From contig CAVUZH010000019.1 of the NCBI GenBank assembly GCA_963745835.1, forward strand, positions 320,001-384,000: a DNA stretch of 64,000 nt. Reading direction: 5' to 3'. Under the pieces are notes generated by a model. That model searched no databases. It was given only the letters and a program-made list of their open reading frames with translations, and had not been told where the DNA came from. Shown here one piece after another: positions 44,048 through 54,818 of the stretch. Every line of letters begins with the position of its first letter. Position 1 is the stretch's first letter. The stretch is from an uncultured delta proteobacterium (GTDB lineage: Bacteria; Desulfobacterota; Binatia; UBA9968). A program made the position numbers and the translations under genes.

Positions 44048-44983
44048 ATGGCGGACTTTATAAAAATCGATGCGGGATTTGCGACCATCGGACAGGGCGC
44101 CGGCCCCATGATGGTGACCTGGAAGGCCGGATTATTTAAAAAGCACGGCCTCGATGTTGACAAACCCCGTATCATGGGCGGCGCCAAAGGAGTTGTCCGC
44201 GGCCTAACCATCGGGGAAATTCAGTTCGGCAATTTGGCAGCGCCGGCGCCGTTGAGATCTAATGTCAAAGGCGAAACTGATTTGATCTTTTTGACCGGCG
44301 GCATAAATCAACAATTCGTCATGGCCCGCCCGGGAATAACTGGCCGCGAACAGCTCACCGGCAAAAAGATAGGCTTCGTCGGCGATGGCGGTCTGAATGA
44401 CGCGCTGGTGAGTTTCATTATCGAAAAATTGGCAGCCGCGGGCATAAAAGGCATAGAGAAAGAACCTGTTCCCGCCGGCGGCGATCAGCAAATCGCATCG
44501 CTCATCAGCCAAAAATGCGATGCCATAGTCATCACTCCGCCAGAATCGATTGACGCCCAGCGAAAAGGCTGTAAGTACCTAGTCGATTTCGCCGAGCATG
44601 GCCTTAATTATGCGCTTGGCGGGATTGCCGCGCGCCGCGATTATGTCGAGAAAAATCCCGAGATCACAAGAAAGTTTATCAAAGCATATGTTGAGGGGAT
44701 GCACCGCTACCGGACAGACCGCGATTTTACGGTGAACGTCCAGGCTGAATATAGCGGCATTGCGGATCGCACGATAGCGGAAGAAACCTACGATCTCACC
44801 CGCCCGGGTATGCCGCCGGTTCCTTATCCGGTTGTTGCTTCGCTGCAAGTTTTGCTTGATTTTATGTCCAAGGAAGTTCCTGAGGCGAAGAATGTCGATG
44901 CGCGGCGCTTTGTCGACGATCATTTCATTCGAGAGCTTGAGGAAAACGGATTTATTGCTGCGCTTGCCGGTTCCAAGAAGTGA
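44048..44983 (+). CDS. NMT1/SsuA-like substrate-binding protein, no obvious signal peptide
   Basis: GLFKKHGL, LTGKKIG, RKFIKAYVEG, FVDDHFIRELE. Confidence 0.82.
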   Translation: MADFIKIDAGFATIGQGAGPMMVTWKAGLFKKHGLDVDKPRIMGGAKGVVRGLTIGEIQFGNLAAPAPLRSNVKGETDLIFLTGGINQQFVMARPGITGREQLTGKKIGFVGDGGLNDALVSFIIEKLAAAGIKGIEKEPVPAGGDQQIASLISQKCDAIVITPPESIDAQRKGCKYLVDFAEHGLNYALGGIAARRDYVEKNPEITRKFIKAYVEGMHRYRTDRDFTVNVQAEYSGIADRTIAEETYDLTRPGMPPVPYPVVASLQVLLDFMSKEVPEAKNVDARRFVDDHFIRELEENGFIAALAGSKK

Positions 44984-45053
44984 ATCTTCGGCGGCGTGCT
45001 GAGAAATTGCTCCCTTCTATGTCGCTGACCATAGGTTCGTTTAGGAGAAAGCC

Positions 45054-45827
45054 ATGCGCATGATGTTTCTGAACCACTCTTTTAAACGTCACTCCGCCGA
45101 GCTTGAGACTCATATCCAGCGACTTCTGAAAAGCTACGCCTCGCCCGAGACCACCTTTGAGCTCGCCTATCCCGAAGATCTTGGCGGCGGTGAAGTACTG
45201 AGCCTACTGGAACAGGGAAAGGCACTATCAGGGCTGCACCACATTCTGGAAACACCCGCTTTGGTCAAAAAAGCCATCGAAGCCGAGCAACTACGATTCG
45301 ATGCGGTCATCCAGAGCAACACTTTCGATCCCGGTGTCGAAGCCAGCCGGCTTGCGGTGCGCATACCGGTCATTGGGCTGCTGCGCGCGTCGTTACATTT
45401 TGCAGCGACGATTTGCGACCGGTTCGGCCTGATCGTGCCGCTGCCGTCGCATATGCCTCATACCATGAGATTAGTGCAATCCTACGGCATGACTCGATTC
45501 GTAAGCGGTATCAAAACCGTGAACCTTTACGACACCGGTGACTTGTCCGGATATCACGATCTCGTCGTTGAACGGACCCTCGCCGTAGGACAAGAGCTTG
45601 TTGAACAAGGAGCCCAAGCGATTATTCCACTCGGGGGCAAGATTTACCCATACGTTGTAACGCCAGAAGAGCTAGGGCCCAAACTCGGTGTGCCGATCAT
45701 CAATACCAAAGCCGTCGGCGTGAGCTATGCCGAACTGATGGTCAGATGTCGAATCACACACAGCCAACGTGCCTATCCATGGTCGGCCGGGCTAAATCCC
45801 GAGAACGTGTCTATGCGCCAGCAATAG
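45054..45827 (+). CDS. Asp/Glu/hydantoin racemase family protein
   Basis: FDAVI..NTFDPGVEASR..VRIPVIG, GAQAIIPLG, GVPII. Confidence 0.8.
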   Translation: MRMMFLNHSFKRHSAELETHIQRLLKSYASPETTFELAYPEDLGGGEVLSLLEQGKALSGLHHILETPALVKKAIEAEQLRFDAVIQSNTFDPGVEASRLAVRIPVIGLLRASLHFAATICDRFGLIVPLPSHMPHTMRLVQSYGMTRFVSGIKTVNLYDTGDLSGYHDLVVERTLAVGQELVEQGAQAIIPLGGKIYPYVVTPEELGPKLGVPIINTKAVGVSYAELMVRCRITHSQRAYPWSAGLNPENVSMRQQ

Positions 45828-45984
45828 CTCCTTGGTATGATCAACAGGCCAATGATTGATTGTTGCATTGCACAGTTAACAGTTCAAAAGGAAGGAAGAC
45901 ACCTCTGTTGAAATCACGACACCCCAGGCCTGCGAAAACCATCGCATCATTTCACATGGCAGTGTCGCCGGCGGAGGATAGATT

Positions 45985-47079
45985 ATGATTATCGACGCTG
46001 ATGGGCATTTCTTCGAGACCGAAGAGATTTTCGAAAGATACATGGAGCCCGACCTGCGAAACTATCGGCCTCGCCTTCTGAGCGACGAAGACGGCCACAA
46101 TTTCTGGGTGGTCGACGGGCAGACATCTTACAAGCGACCATCGATCAAGGGAGCTGGCGCTCCGGGCACCGCAGCGCCTCCCGGAAAAAAAATCCAGTCG
46201 GCGCGCCGCGCTTCCGCCGGCAGCCAGACGTTAACTAACATAAAGGAGCGGCTCGATGACTTGGACAAAGAGGGTATCGACATCCAATACCTCTACCCGA
46301 GTTTTTTGCTCCACATCAATGCATTGGCCGACGGCATACTAGCGATGGGGGTGTGCCGTGCCTACAACACTTGGCTGGCGCAGGCTTGCCGGAAGGCGCC
46401 GGATCGGCTGAAAGGGATCGGCGTGGTTTCTCTACAGAATGCTCATGGCGCGGCAAAAGAATTATCGCGCATCAAAGATCTGGGCATGACCGCCGTGATG
46501 ATTAACGGCACTGCCGGCAGCAAACGGCTGGACCATCCGGATCACGATCCATTCTTTGCCGAAGCGAACCGCCTGAACCTACCCATCGCCGTTCACTTCA
46601 GCCTTCAATTTCCAGTGGTCGACAAGCTCTTTGAGCATCATTTTCCCAACCGTGTACTGGCGGGTATTTTCCCAATCATGGCGGGCCTTACCAGCGTGTT
46701 TTGTTCGGGTTTGCTGGACCGCTTCAAAAAAATCAAGTTCGCGTTTCTTGAAGGCGGCATCAGCTGGGTGCCTGCCCATGTCGAGCGCATGGATGATCAC
46801 TTTGAAAACCCGCGCTATGGCGCGCGGGACCTGATTAGCCATCCACCGAGCGAATACTTAAAATCGGGACGGATATTCTTTGGCTGTGAGGGTAACGAGC
46901 CCTTTCTGCCCCGGGTTATAGACGATCTTGGCGAAGACTTACTTATGTTTTCTTCCGATTATCCCCACGCCGACCGCACCGAAGGGACCGCAGGTTATCT
47001 AAAAAACCGCAATGATATTTCTAAAGTCGCGCGGCAAAAGCTGCTGGCCGATAATGCCCAGCGTTTTTACGGTATATGA
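45985..47079 (+). CDS. Amidohydrolase family 2 protein
   Basis: DADGH, AYNTWLA, IAVH, FLEGGISW, SSDYPHAD. Confidence 0.9.
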   Translation: MIIDADGHFFETEEIFERYMEPDLRNYRPRLLSDEDGHNFWVVDGQTSYKRPSIKGAGAPGTAAPPGKKIQSARRASAGSQTLTNIKERLDDLDKEGIDIQYLYPSFLLHINALADGILAMGVCRAYNTWLAQACRKAPDRLKGIGVVSLQNAHGAAKELSRIKDLGMTAVMINGTAGSKRLDHPDHDPFFAEANRLNLPIAVHFSLQFPVVDKLFEHHFPNRVLAGIFPIMAGLTSVFCSGLLDRFKKIKFAFLEGGISWVPAHVERMDDHFENPRYGARDLISHPPSEYLKSGRIFFGCEGNEPFLPRVIDDLGEDLLMFSSDYPHADRTEGTAGYLKNRNDISKVARQKLLADNAQRFYGI

Positions 47080-47214
47080 GATTCGTGGCGTGTTTAGATC
47101 GGGCTTCAACCATTCAGCTGCGATCGGAGATATGGTCGTGCAATGCAAATATCTAAATTTGACTGAAGCGAATATCAACCGGCACGTCTAATCATATATA
47201 AGGAGGAGAAAAAT

Positions 47215-47631
47215 ATGAAAAAACAGATATTTAAATTGGTTGTAGTCGCTGTCACTGCCTTATTCTTTGGTGGTATCGCCAGCGCGCAGGACACGAAATC
47301 CGGAAAAACCGGCAAATCGTCGGCGGACTCTCAAACGATGGAGAAATCGACCAAGGCGAAATCGGGGACAGCAACCGGCGAGGTCACCTCTGTGGATGCC
47401 AAGTCGGGGCAGCTGACTGTCAAGGCCAAAGGTAAGGACCTCGATTTGATGGCCGAGTCCAAGTCTGCCAAGAACGCGCTGGGTAAGGTAAAGATAGGCG
47501 ATACTGTCCAAGTTACCTACACCGACAAGGACGGCAAGATGGTTGTCAGCTCGGTGAAAGCCGAGTCCAAGGGCATGAGTAAATCGGAAGAGAAAACGTC
47601 CGGCACAAAGGCTGAAAAGAAACAACCTTAG
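47215..47631 (+). CDS. Secreted Lys-rich small beta-barrel (OB-like) hypothetical protein
   Basis: Strong AAGGAGG RBS, signal peptide, G.VTSVD..G.LTV and KIGD.V.V.Y pattern. Confidence 0.75.
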   Translation: MKKQIFKLVVVAVTALFFGGIASAQDTKSGKTGKSSADSQTMEKSTKAKSGTATGEVTSVDAKSGQLTVKAKGKDLDLMAESKSAKNALGKVKIGDTVQVTYTDKDGKMVVSSVKAESKGMSKSEEKTSGTKAEKKQP

Positions 47632-47655
47632 CTTGGTTTGTCGGCAGTTCTTAAG

Positions 47656-47687
47656 GGGGTAGCCGACGGATCGGCTACCCCTTTTTT
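47656..47687 (+). terminator. Rho-independent terminator
   Basis: GGGGTAGCCGA-CGGA-TCGGCTACCCC + TTTTTT. Confidence 0.9.
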
Positions 47688-47823
47688 GTTCGTTTTCAAA
47701 CCTTTATAGGACCAGCGGACGAGGCTCATACCTGCCGAGGAGCTTATTGCTTTCAAGGTTCTTGTCTACTAGACTTTTGACTATAAGGCAGTAGCTGTTT
47801 GTGTCTCAAAAGGAGGAGTGGAG

Positions 47824-48006
47824 ATGGACCTGCCGAAATGCCAAAAGTGTAACAACGGGATTTTGATTCCGTTATCCGACTATGGGCAGGATGGTGCTTC
47901 GGTGATGTTTAAAGCCTGGGCCTGTACCAATCCGGATTGCGGGTTCTCTTTGCGAGTAGATAAAGGTGAAGTGACTTACGGCAAGAGAATTGAGCCGAAG
48001 CATTAA
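47824..48006 (+). CDS. Small zinc-ribbon-like hypothetical protein (60 aa)
   Basis: AGGAGG RBS; CQKC...CTNPDC. Confidence 0.75.
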   Translation: MDLPKCQKCNNGILIPLSDYGQDGASVMFKAWACTNPDCGFSLRVDKGEVTYGKRIEPKH

Positions 48007-48052
48007 ACCACCTCCCCAATCCTCGATCAGCATATCTCTAGACGCTGCTATC

Positions 48053-48709
48053 TCATGCCGGCAAGCTTTGATTGAAACTTTGAATCGCCTTACCAAACAG
48101 TTCGCAGCCTCTCTTTAAAGCTTCTAAACATTTCTTTTGAGTTTTGTCGTCTGTGGCATAACGTCTGAGGATTTCAGGGGCAATCCACTCATGCCCCGCT
48201 TCGTCGGCAAGTAAGGTATCGCGGTAAACCGATGCGGTCTGCGGGTCGATGGATTCAACCCGTGCGATAAACGATTGTGAGGTTCTCGGGAAAAATTCCT
48301 CGTGACCGAATTGAACACTGGCGATCAACTCACAAAGCGACTCTAACGAAGCATGATAATCCCACAGTTCCTTTAGTTCTTTCAGTGGCTGATTCCAAAG
48401 CGCGTCGGGATCGCCATTCAATTCAGCAATTCTTTTGCGCAGGATGGACGTGTGTTTCAATTCATTGACCACATACTCGGACATGGGCTGTTGCAGATCC
48501 AGATCGGGAATTTGTCCAACCCAGCGGGCAGTGACTTCGGCGGCCTTGCGCTCCATGACCACGCCGAACTGCAGGCGCCGCAACACAATCGCCGGGCTGA
48601 GCGGCTTTTCCGCGCCGTAACTCTTCCGTTCGGCATTCATCTTCTCCCAGAACGCCTCCCGGCAACTGATTAACTCGGCAAGAAACTCTTCCGCTTTCAG
48701 AGCTTCCAT
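48053..48709 (-). CDS. Ferritin-like diiron-carboxylate protein
   Basis: Helical; E(RKAAE), NELKH, EE, DEAGH: two ExxH motifs. Confidence 0.75.
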   Translation of the reverse strand: MEALKAEEFLAELISCREAFWEKMNAERKSYGAEKPLSPAIVLRRLQFGVVMERKAAEVTARWVGQIPDLDLQQPMSEYVVNELKHTSILRKRIAELNGDPDALWNQPLKELKELWDYHASLESLCELIASVQFGHEEFFPRTSQSFIARVESIDPQTASVYRDTLLADEAGHEWIAPEILRRYATDDKTQKKCLEALKRGCELFGKAIQSFNQSLPA

Positions 48710-48849
48710 TGGTTAGTTCCTCCGCAAATCGAGCGCATGCTAATTGACAGCAGGCGCGTTTTGGGTTTTAACTTACAGGAAATTCCGCCGCTGTAAAGGC
48801 TTCTTGTCCCAGGAAAATCTTGGTCGGCTGACAATCGAATGTAAACTGT

Positions 48850-49605
48850 ATGGAATCCCAAGAAGCTAAAATTTACGTCGACAACTTGTATAAGGACCTG
48901 TACGAGCACTGGGATCGCAAGATCAATCAAGGTCCATTCATGAGCCGACTGCGCGATGGCACTTTGCCATTGGCGTGCTTGCGGCGGTTTTTCAAAGATT
49001 GGGGGCTCTTCTCAATCGAAGTGGTGGCTTTGAACGCGGTATCTTATTACGTCCACTTACCTTTTTTCGTGCGCAATTATGATTTGTTGCCGGCCTTTAC
49101 AGATAAGATCGCCGAAGAGTTGGTTTCTCCCAAACCCCCGGGCCACACATTGATTCTGCTTGAAACAGCCAACGCGCTAGGGCTGTCCAAAGAAGAGCTC
49201 TTTGAGCAACCAGCGTCGGCCCCCGGGCGCGCAATCAGCGATTATTCACGGCGCGTATTTCAGGATGGCTCGATAATCGAGCTGTGGGGCGCCCATGTTT
49301 ATGAAGAAACGCTCGGACACTGGGCCAAGCAATGGGGCGAGGCCTTGGTATCGCATTACGGCCTGAGCCAACGGCAGGCGATTTATTTTACCGCGCACGC
49401 TGAAGCCGATCTGGTGCAGCATGAAGAGCACATGGGCCATGGGCCGCTAAACCGGATGATCCTGCAGCGCATCCTGGAACAAGGATTGACTGCAACTAAG
49501 CTCGGCTATGATCCAAAATACTGCGGTTTTACCATGGTCGATTTGCACGCTCTGATGGAATGGCACGCTTTGGAGAATCCGTATCAATCGGCCAATCCCG
49601 CCTAA
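48850..49605 (+). CDS. Heme-oxygenase-like (PqqC/TenA/CADD) iron redox protein
   Basis: PF..L.DGTL, AEE....PGH, YEE, YFTAHAEAD..H..H. Confidence 0.75.
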   Translation: MESQEAKIYVDNLYKDLYEHWDRKINQGPFMSRLRDGTLPLACLRRFFKDWGLFSIEVVALNAVSYYVHLPFFVRNYDLLPAFTDKIAEELVSPKPPGHTLILLETANALGLSKEELFEQPASAPGRAISDYSRRVFQDGSIIELWGAHVYEETLGHWAKQWGEALVSHYGLSQRQAIYFTAHAEADLVQHEEHMGHGPLNRMILQRILEQGLTATKLGYDPKYCGFTMVDLHALMEWHALENPYQSANPA

Positions 49606-49692
49606 AGTTTTATCATCTGTGCTATGCCCTATCCGCAACATTTCACGTCGCGCCAAATTACTATCGCAATTGGTATTTAGAAAGCTGGTTGC

Positions 49693-50631
49693 GTGATCCG
49701 CGTCAGAGCGGTAGCGGTTGGGTTGCTTTTATCGTCGTGTTTTTTTTGTTTCCTTGCCGGCGCAGAGCCGCCCGGCAACTGGCAAATTCGCGCGCCATTA
49801 CCTTCATCTCGCACCGAAGTCGCCGCCGCCGAAATCGGCGGGAAAATTTACGTGATCGGCGGCTACGGCAAGAGTGGCAATTTGGTTGAAGCATACGATC
49901 CACAAAAAGATCGCTGGCATCGGCGCGCTTCGCTGCCCAAACGGCTACACCATACCGGCGCCGCGGCGGTGAACGGAAAGCTCTATATCATCGGCGGCTA
50001 TATCTCCGGCACGGGTCCGGTCGACACAGTTTACGAGTACGACCCGGCCGTCGATCGCTGGACGGCAAAAAAGCCGATGCCTGCGGCCCGAGGCGCGCTT
50101 GCGGTCGGCGTAATCGCAGGAAAGATTTTTGCGGTGGGAGGCGTAGGCCCGGACGGAAAGAACACTGCTGCCAATCAGGCCTATGATCCGCTTAGAGATC
50201 ACTGGACCCATCACGCACCGATGCCAACTCCCCGAGACCATCACGCCATCGCTGTTATCAATGGAAAACTTCATGCAATAGCAGGTCGCATCAACGGAGA
50301 TCACGATCGCAGCATCGGGGTTCATGGAGAATACGATCCGGCAACCGATGGTTGGAGTATTCGCCCGGCGATCCCGAGCATCAGAAGCGGGATTGCGGCG
50401 GCGACTCTCAACGGCAGAATTTTTATTTTCGGCGGCGAGTATGGCCGCAAGACACAGAACCGGGTCGAGTCCTTCGACCCGCTGAACAACCAATGGCAGA
50501 GCTGGGCGGACATGCCGACCGCGCGGCACGGACTTGGCGCCGTAGCCTGGGGAGAATCAATCTACGTCATCTCTGGCGGACCTAAGCCAGGAACAAGTTT
50601 TTCCTCGGCCAATGAAGTTTTTACCCCGTGA
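49693..50631 (+). CDS. Secreted Kelch-repeat beta-propeller protein
   Basis: Six IYVIGG...YDP..W kelch repeats; signal peptide. Confidence 0.9.
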   Translation: MIRVRAVAVGLLLSSCFFCFLAGAEPPGNWQIRAPLPSSRTEVAAAEIGGKIYVIGGYGKSGNLVEAYDPQKDRWHRRASLPKRLHHTGAAAVNGKLYIIGGYISGTGPVDTVYEYDPAVDRWTAKKPMPAARGALAVGVIAGKIFAVGGVGPDGKNTAANQAYDPLRDHWTHHAPMPTPRDHHAIAVINGKLHAIAGRINGDHDRSIGVHGEYDPATDGWSIRPAIPSIRSGIAAATLNGRIFIFGGEYGRKTQNRVESFDPLNNQWQSWADMPTARHGLGAVAWGESIYVISGGPKPGTSFSSANEVFTP

Positions 50632-50664
50632 ATTAAGCTATGCAGCCGACGAGAGACGCAGCCA

Positions 50665-51678
50665 CTACTCTCCGGTGTTGAAGAAACTGAAAATCCGATA
50701 GGGTAGCCAATTGAGATCGCCGGGAAATCTTCCGGATACGAATCCAACATGACCGCCGGAATCTGGATATTCCAGAATGACACATGGGGAAACTTCTCCG
50801 GACTCCGGCAATACAGCAGCCGGAAGAAACGGATCGTTGCGCGCATTGAGTAGCAGAGTCGGAACGCGGATATGCGCCAGACGCCGTTTGCTGCTCGACT
50901 TGTCCCAGTAATCTTCGGCGCTATCGAAGCCGTGCACCGGAGCGGTAAAAAGATCGTCGAGCTGACGAAATGTTGATGCCGCGCGCACCCGTCGCAGATC
51001 AATTTTCAACTCGTGCCTAGCAACCTTGTACAGTGACTTCTGCTTGAGCGTTCTGAGAAAATAGCGCGTGTAGATCAGTTTACGACAACCGCGATCCAAC
51101 ACACCGGCAGCGGCTGCCAGATCTATCGGAGCTGAAACAGCCGCCGCTTTCTCGATAATCTCAAGCGCCCGGTCGCCCTGCTCGCCGAGCCACTTGAGCA
51201 GCACATTGCCGCCGAGCGAGACACCGATTGCGTGTATTTTCGCTCTCGGATTGTTCTTTTTAAGCCGCCGGAGAATCCAGTCGATCTCGCTCGAATCGCC
51301 TGAATGATAGGCGCGCACCAGGCGGTTGTGCTCGCCACTGCAGCCGCGAAAATGCGGTATCACGCCGCGCCAACTTCGGCGCCCTGCATAATTCATCAAG
51401 CTTTGAGCGTAGTGACTGCTGGAACAGCCTTCCAGCCCATGAAAAAGCACTAGCAGATTCGCGCTGCCGTCGCTGGAATCGAGCCAATCGAGATCGATAA
51501 AATCGTTATCGGGAGTTTCCCAACGTTCGCGCCGCAGGCAGAGATGCGTCTCGCGCTTGAGAAAGTAAGCATAGAGGGTCTGCAGATGACCGCCCGGCAA
51601 CCACCACGGCGCCCGGTATTCTCTGAGCCTATTCTCTCCGAACGAAAATTTTGCGGAGTCACGCCAGTCAGTTTCCAT
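50665..51678 (-). CDS. YheT-family alpha/beta hydrolase
   Basis: GGHLQT, HGLEG.S.SHY, FRGCSG, GVSLGG, GGHVGF; start taken at METDW because upstream codons come from a repeat. Confidence 0.9.
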   Translation of the reverse strand: METDWRDSAKFSFGENRLREYRAPWWLPGGHLQTLYAYFLKRETHLCLRRERWETPDNDFIDLDWLDSSDGSANLLVLFHGLEGCSSSHYAQSLMNYAGRRSWRGVIPHFRGCSGEHNRLVRAYHSGDSSEIDWILRRLKKNNPRAKIHAIGVSLGGNVLLKWLGEQGDRALEIIEKAAAVSAPIDLAAAAGVLDRGCRKLIYTRYFLRTLKQKSLYKVARHELKIDLRRVRAASTFRQLDDLFTAPVHGFDSAEDYWDKSSSKRRLAHIRVPTLLLNARNDPFLPAAVLPESGEVSPCVILEYPDSGGHVGFVSGRFPGDLNWLPYRIFSFFNTGE

Positions 51679-51683
51679 ATTGG

Positions 51684-51826
51684 AAAAATTCGAAATCCGA
51701 AGCTCGAAATCCGAAACAAACCAAGCCAATCAACTCGCGTCACAATTTTGAAGCCGAAACCGCTAAATTTGGAGGATTCGAATTTTGAACATTCGAATTT
51801 GTTCGAGTTTCGGATTTCGAATTTTT
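51684..51826. repeat. Palindromic heptamer-repeat element, copy 1
   Basis: 25-bp inverted arms AAAAATTCGAAATCCGAAGCTCGAA / TTCGAGTTTCGGATTTCGAATTTTT (1 mismatch), built from ~7-nt units. Confidence 0.8.
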
Positions 51827-51859
51827 ATTTTTTCCGGCCAGCTTGTTGCTTTCGCGCGA

Positions 51860-54818
51860 TCATTTTCCCGACTTCGGCAACGTCGCTGGCGGCACGAAAC
51901 CATGGCGCAGCGTGTTCTCGGAGATGGTTCTGGGCTCGAGAAACTGCAGTAGATAATCCGGCCCGCCTGCTTTCGATCCGATGCCGGACAGCTTGAGTCC
52001 GCCGAACGGTTGGCGCTCCACCACTGCGCCGGTGATGCCGCGATTGACGTATAAATTGCCCACCCGGAATTCCTTGCGCGCCAGTTCAATATGCGCCGGG
52101 GAGCGGGAAAATACCCCACCGGTCAGGGCGAAAGAGGAGCGGTTGGCAATCTCGAGCGCGTCCTCGAAGTTCCGTGCTCTGATGATCGAGAGCACCGGAC
52201 CAAAAATCTCTTCCTGAGCTAACCGGCTCTGCGGCGCGACTTCGCTAAAAATTGCCGGGCCGACAAAGAAGCCTCCTTCCGGCGCGGCCATGTGGAGCGC
52301 GCATTGCGCCTCCTTGATACCGACGTCAATGTAATTCTCAATGCGTTCTTTGGCCTCAGCATCGATCACCGGTCCGATAAAATTGCGCGGGTCTGCCGGT
52401 GGGCCGATCTTGAGGCTTTTCACCGCTTCGATGATCCGCGACAGCAAGCGATCGTGCACCTCGTTGAGCAGAATAATCCGCGATGCGGCCGAGCATTTCT
52501 GGCCCTGATAGCCGAACGCCGAGTCGATAATGTGAACAACGGCCTCATCGAGATCGGCGTCGTTATCAACGATCACGGCGTTCTTGCCGCCCATCTCGCA
52601 TACCACTCGCTTGACATGAGTTTGGCCCGGCTTGAGTCGTATAGGCCTGCTTTAATATTTCCAGCCCCACTTCCCGCGAGCCGGTAAAAGCAATGGCGTG
52701 AATACTCTGCTGGCGCACGAGATGCGCTCCCAGAGGGCCGCCGCCTTGAAGCAAGTGACACGCCGGCCGGGGCAATCCCGCTTCACGTAAAATATCGAGC
52801 AGATGAGCGGCCATTAGTGGTGATTGCTCGGCTGGCTTCATGATCGCGCAGTTCCCGGTCACCAGCGCAGCGGCGGTCATGCCAGTGAGAATGGCCAAAG
52901 GAAAATTCCAAGGCGCAATGATCGCGGCGATGCCCCTGGGCTCGTATAGATAGACATTGCTCTCGCCGGCGAGATGTTGCGTGATCCGCGGTTGGGCCAG
53001 CCGGAGCATCTCGCGGGCATAATATTCGAGATAATCGATCGCTTCGATGACATCGCCATCTGCTTCACGCCAGCCCTTACCGACCTCCAAGACTTCCGAC
53101 GACGCGAGCTCCAAACGTTTGCGCCGCATGATTTCCGCCGCACGCAGAAGAACCTCGGCGCGTTTTTTGGCAGGCGTGGCGCGCCACTTCGGGAAAAAGC
53201 CGGTTGCCGCATCGATAGCCTCGTCGGCCTCTTCTGTGCTGGCTATCTTTACTCGGCCAACAACTTCCTTAGGATTGGCCGGGTTTAGCGACTCTAACCA
53301 TTCGCCACTGCGTGCCGCTTTCGTCTGTCGTTCGATTCGCTCGCTGGTGGCCTGCAGCGCACTGTAAAATTGAGCCCGGTTCTCCGGACGCGCAAAATCG
53401 ATGGCCGGCTCATTGCGAAAGGGCGAAGTTTCGCCCGGATGAGCCGATTGCGGATGACTCGGAGCGGTTCGAGCCGTCGCATTAGGCGCAGCGATCAGAG
53501 TCTCGATGTCCTTCTTATCGGCATAGGTCTGCCGTAGGAAAGAAGTATTCGAAGTGTTCTCCATCAGGCGGCGGATCAGATAGGACATTCCCGGAAGCAG
53601 CTCGCCGACTGGAAGATAGACACGAACCCTCTGGCCATTTTCGATGATCGCCCGGCGAAACGGTTCGGCCATGCCGTAGAGCATTTGAATTTCATAGCCG
53701 TTGGGCGGCACACCCAGATGATTGGCTGTGACAATCGCATGGGCGAGACTACGCAGGTTGTGGCTGCCGAAAGCGGCATCGACGACGTCATGGCTTTCCA
53801 GCAACAAGCGGCTAAGCCGTTCGTAATTGGCATCAGTTTCCGTCTTAGCTAAGAATACCGGAACGGGCCAATTTTTCTGCTGCGCCCATGCTACCTCGCT
53901 GTCCCAATAGGCTCCTTTAACCAGTCGAACGCCGATGCGCCGGCCGCGCTGTTTGGCCCAGCCAATCAAATCGGCCAAATCGCTCCCGGTGTCGCGCAAA
54001 TAAGCTTGAACCGCCAGCCCCACTCGGGGCGACTCTGCAAACTCTTCCTCTTCAAGGAGCGCCCGGAATATTTGAAACGTAAGCGGCTTAAACGCGTACT
54101 GTTCCATATCGATGGTTATGGCGGCATCGAGCCGCGCTGCTTCGCGCAGGATCGAACGTAACCGCTGCCGCACGATGACTTCAGTCTCGGGATCGAGCGG
54201 ATCGAAGCGTGCGCACAATGAAGAAAGCTTGACCGAAAGGTTGACCCGGGGAATCGCTCCAGACGGCGACTCATCGATTTGCGGCCGTGTCGGCCATGCC
54301 GCCGCTGCTGCCGACAGACTGCGGAGCAAATTCAGATAACGGTTCTGCATCGCAACAGCTTCGCCATCGCTGACTGTGGCCTCGCCGACCACGTCCAGGG
54401 TAAAGGCGGCCGGTTCTGCTCTGAGCCCGGAAAGAATCGGGATCAGTTCGTCAGCCTGCTCTTCAGCGATGAAGCGTCGGGCAAAACTCACAACATTGCG
54501 GCGCACCACCGGAGCAACCCATCTACCGGCCTGGAGCGCTTGGGCGACATAGACCAGCCCGCCTAATGCGTGGTCCACCCGGGCGAAGTATTCTTCCAAG
54601 TGCCGGCCGATTTCCGTCGAAGATTGCAGGCTCGGCAATACGTCGACAAAGCGGAACAAAGCAGTGCGTAGCGAATCATCTTCCAGCGACCAATCGATCA
54701 TTCGACCCAACAGATCGCGGGCTTCGAAGATGGACGGCTTGTGTTCTGCGGCCTTCCGGTAAAGTGATCGGGCCAGTGTCTGAACCGCTTGCTCGGTGGT
54801 GTTCGGTCGGGTTGTCAT
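51860..54818 (-). CDS. putA: Bifunctional proline dehydrogenase / P5C dehydrogenase (one +1 frameshift near 52632)
   Basis: LFRFVDVLP, RLVKGAYWD, YLIRRLMEN, PWNFPLAI, FTGS in 5' ORF; EMGGKN, GQKCSA, EEIFGP in 3' ORF. Confidence 0.93.

Noticed and set aside
51684-51826. CRISPR array
   Set aside because: Repeats are short inverted heptamer units without regular unique spacers; no cas genes.
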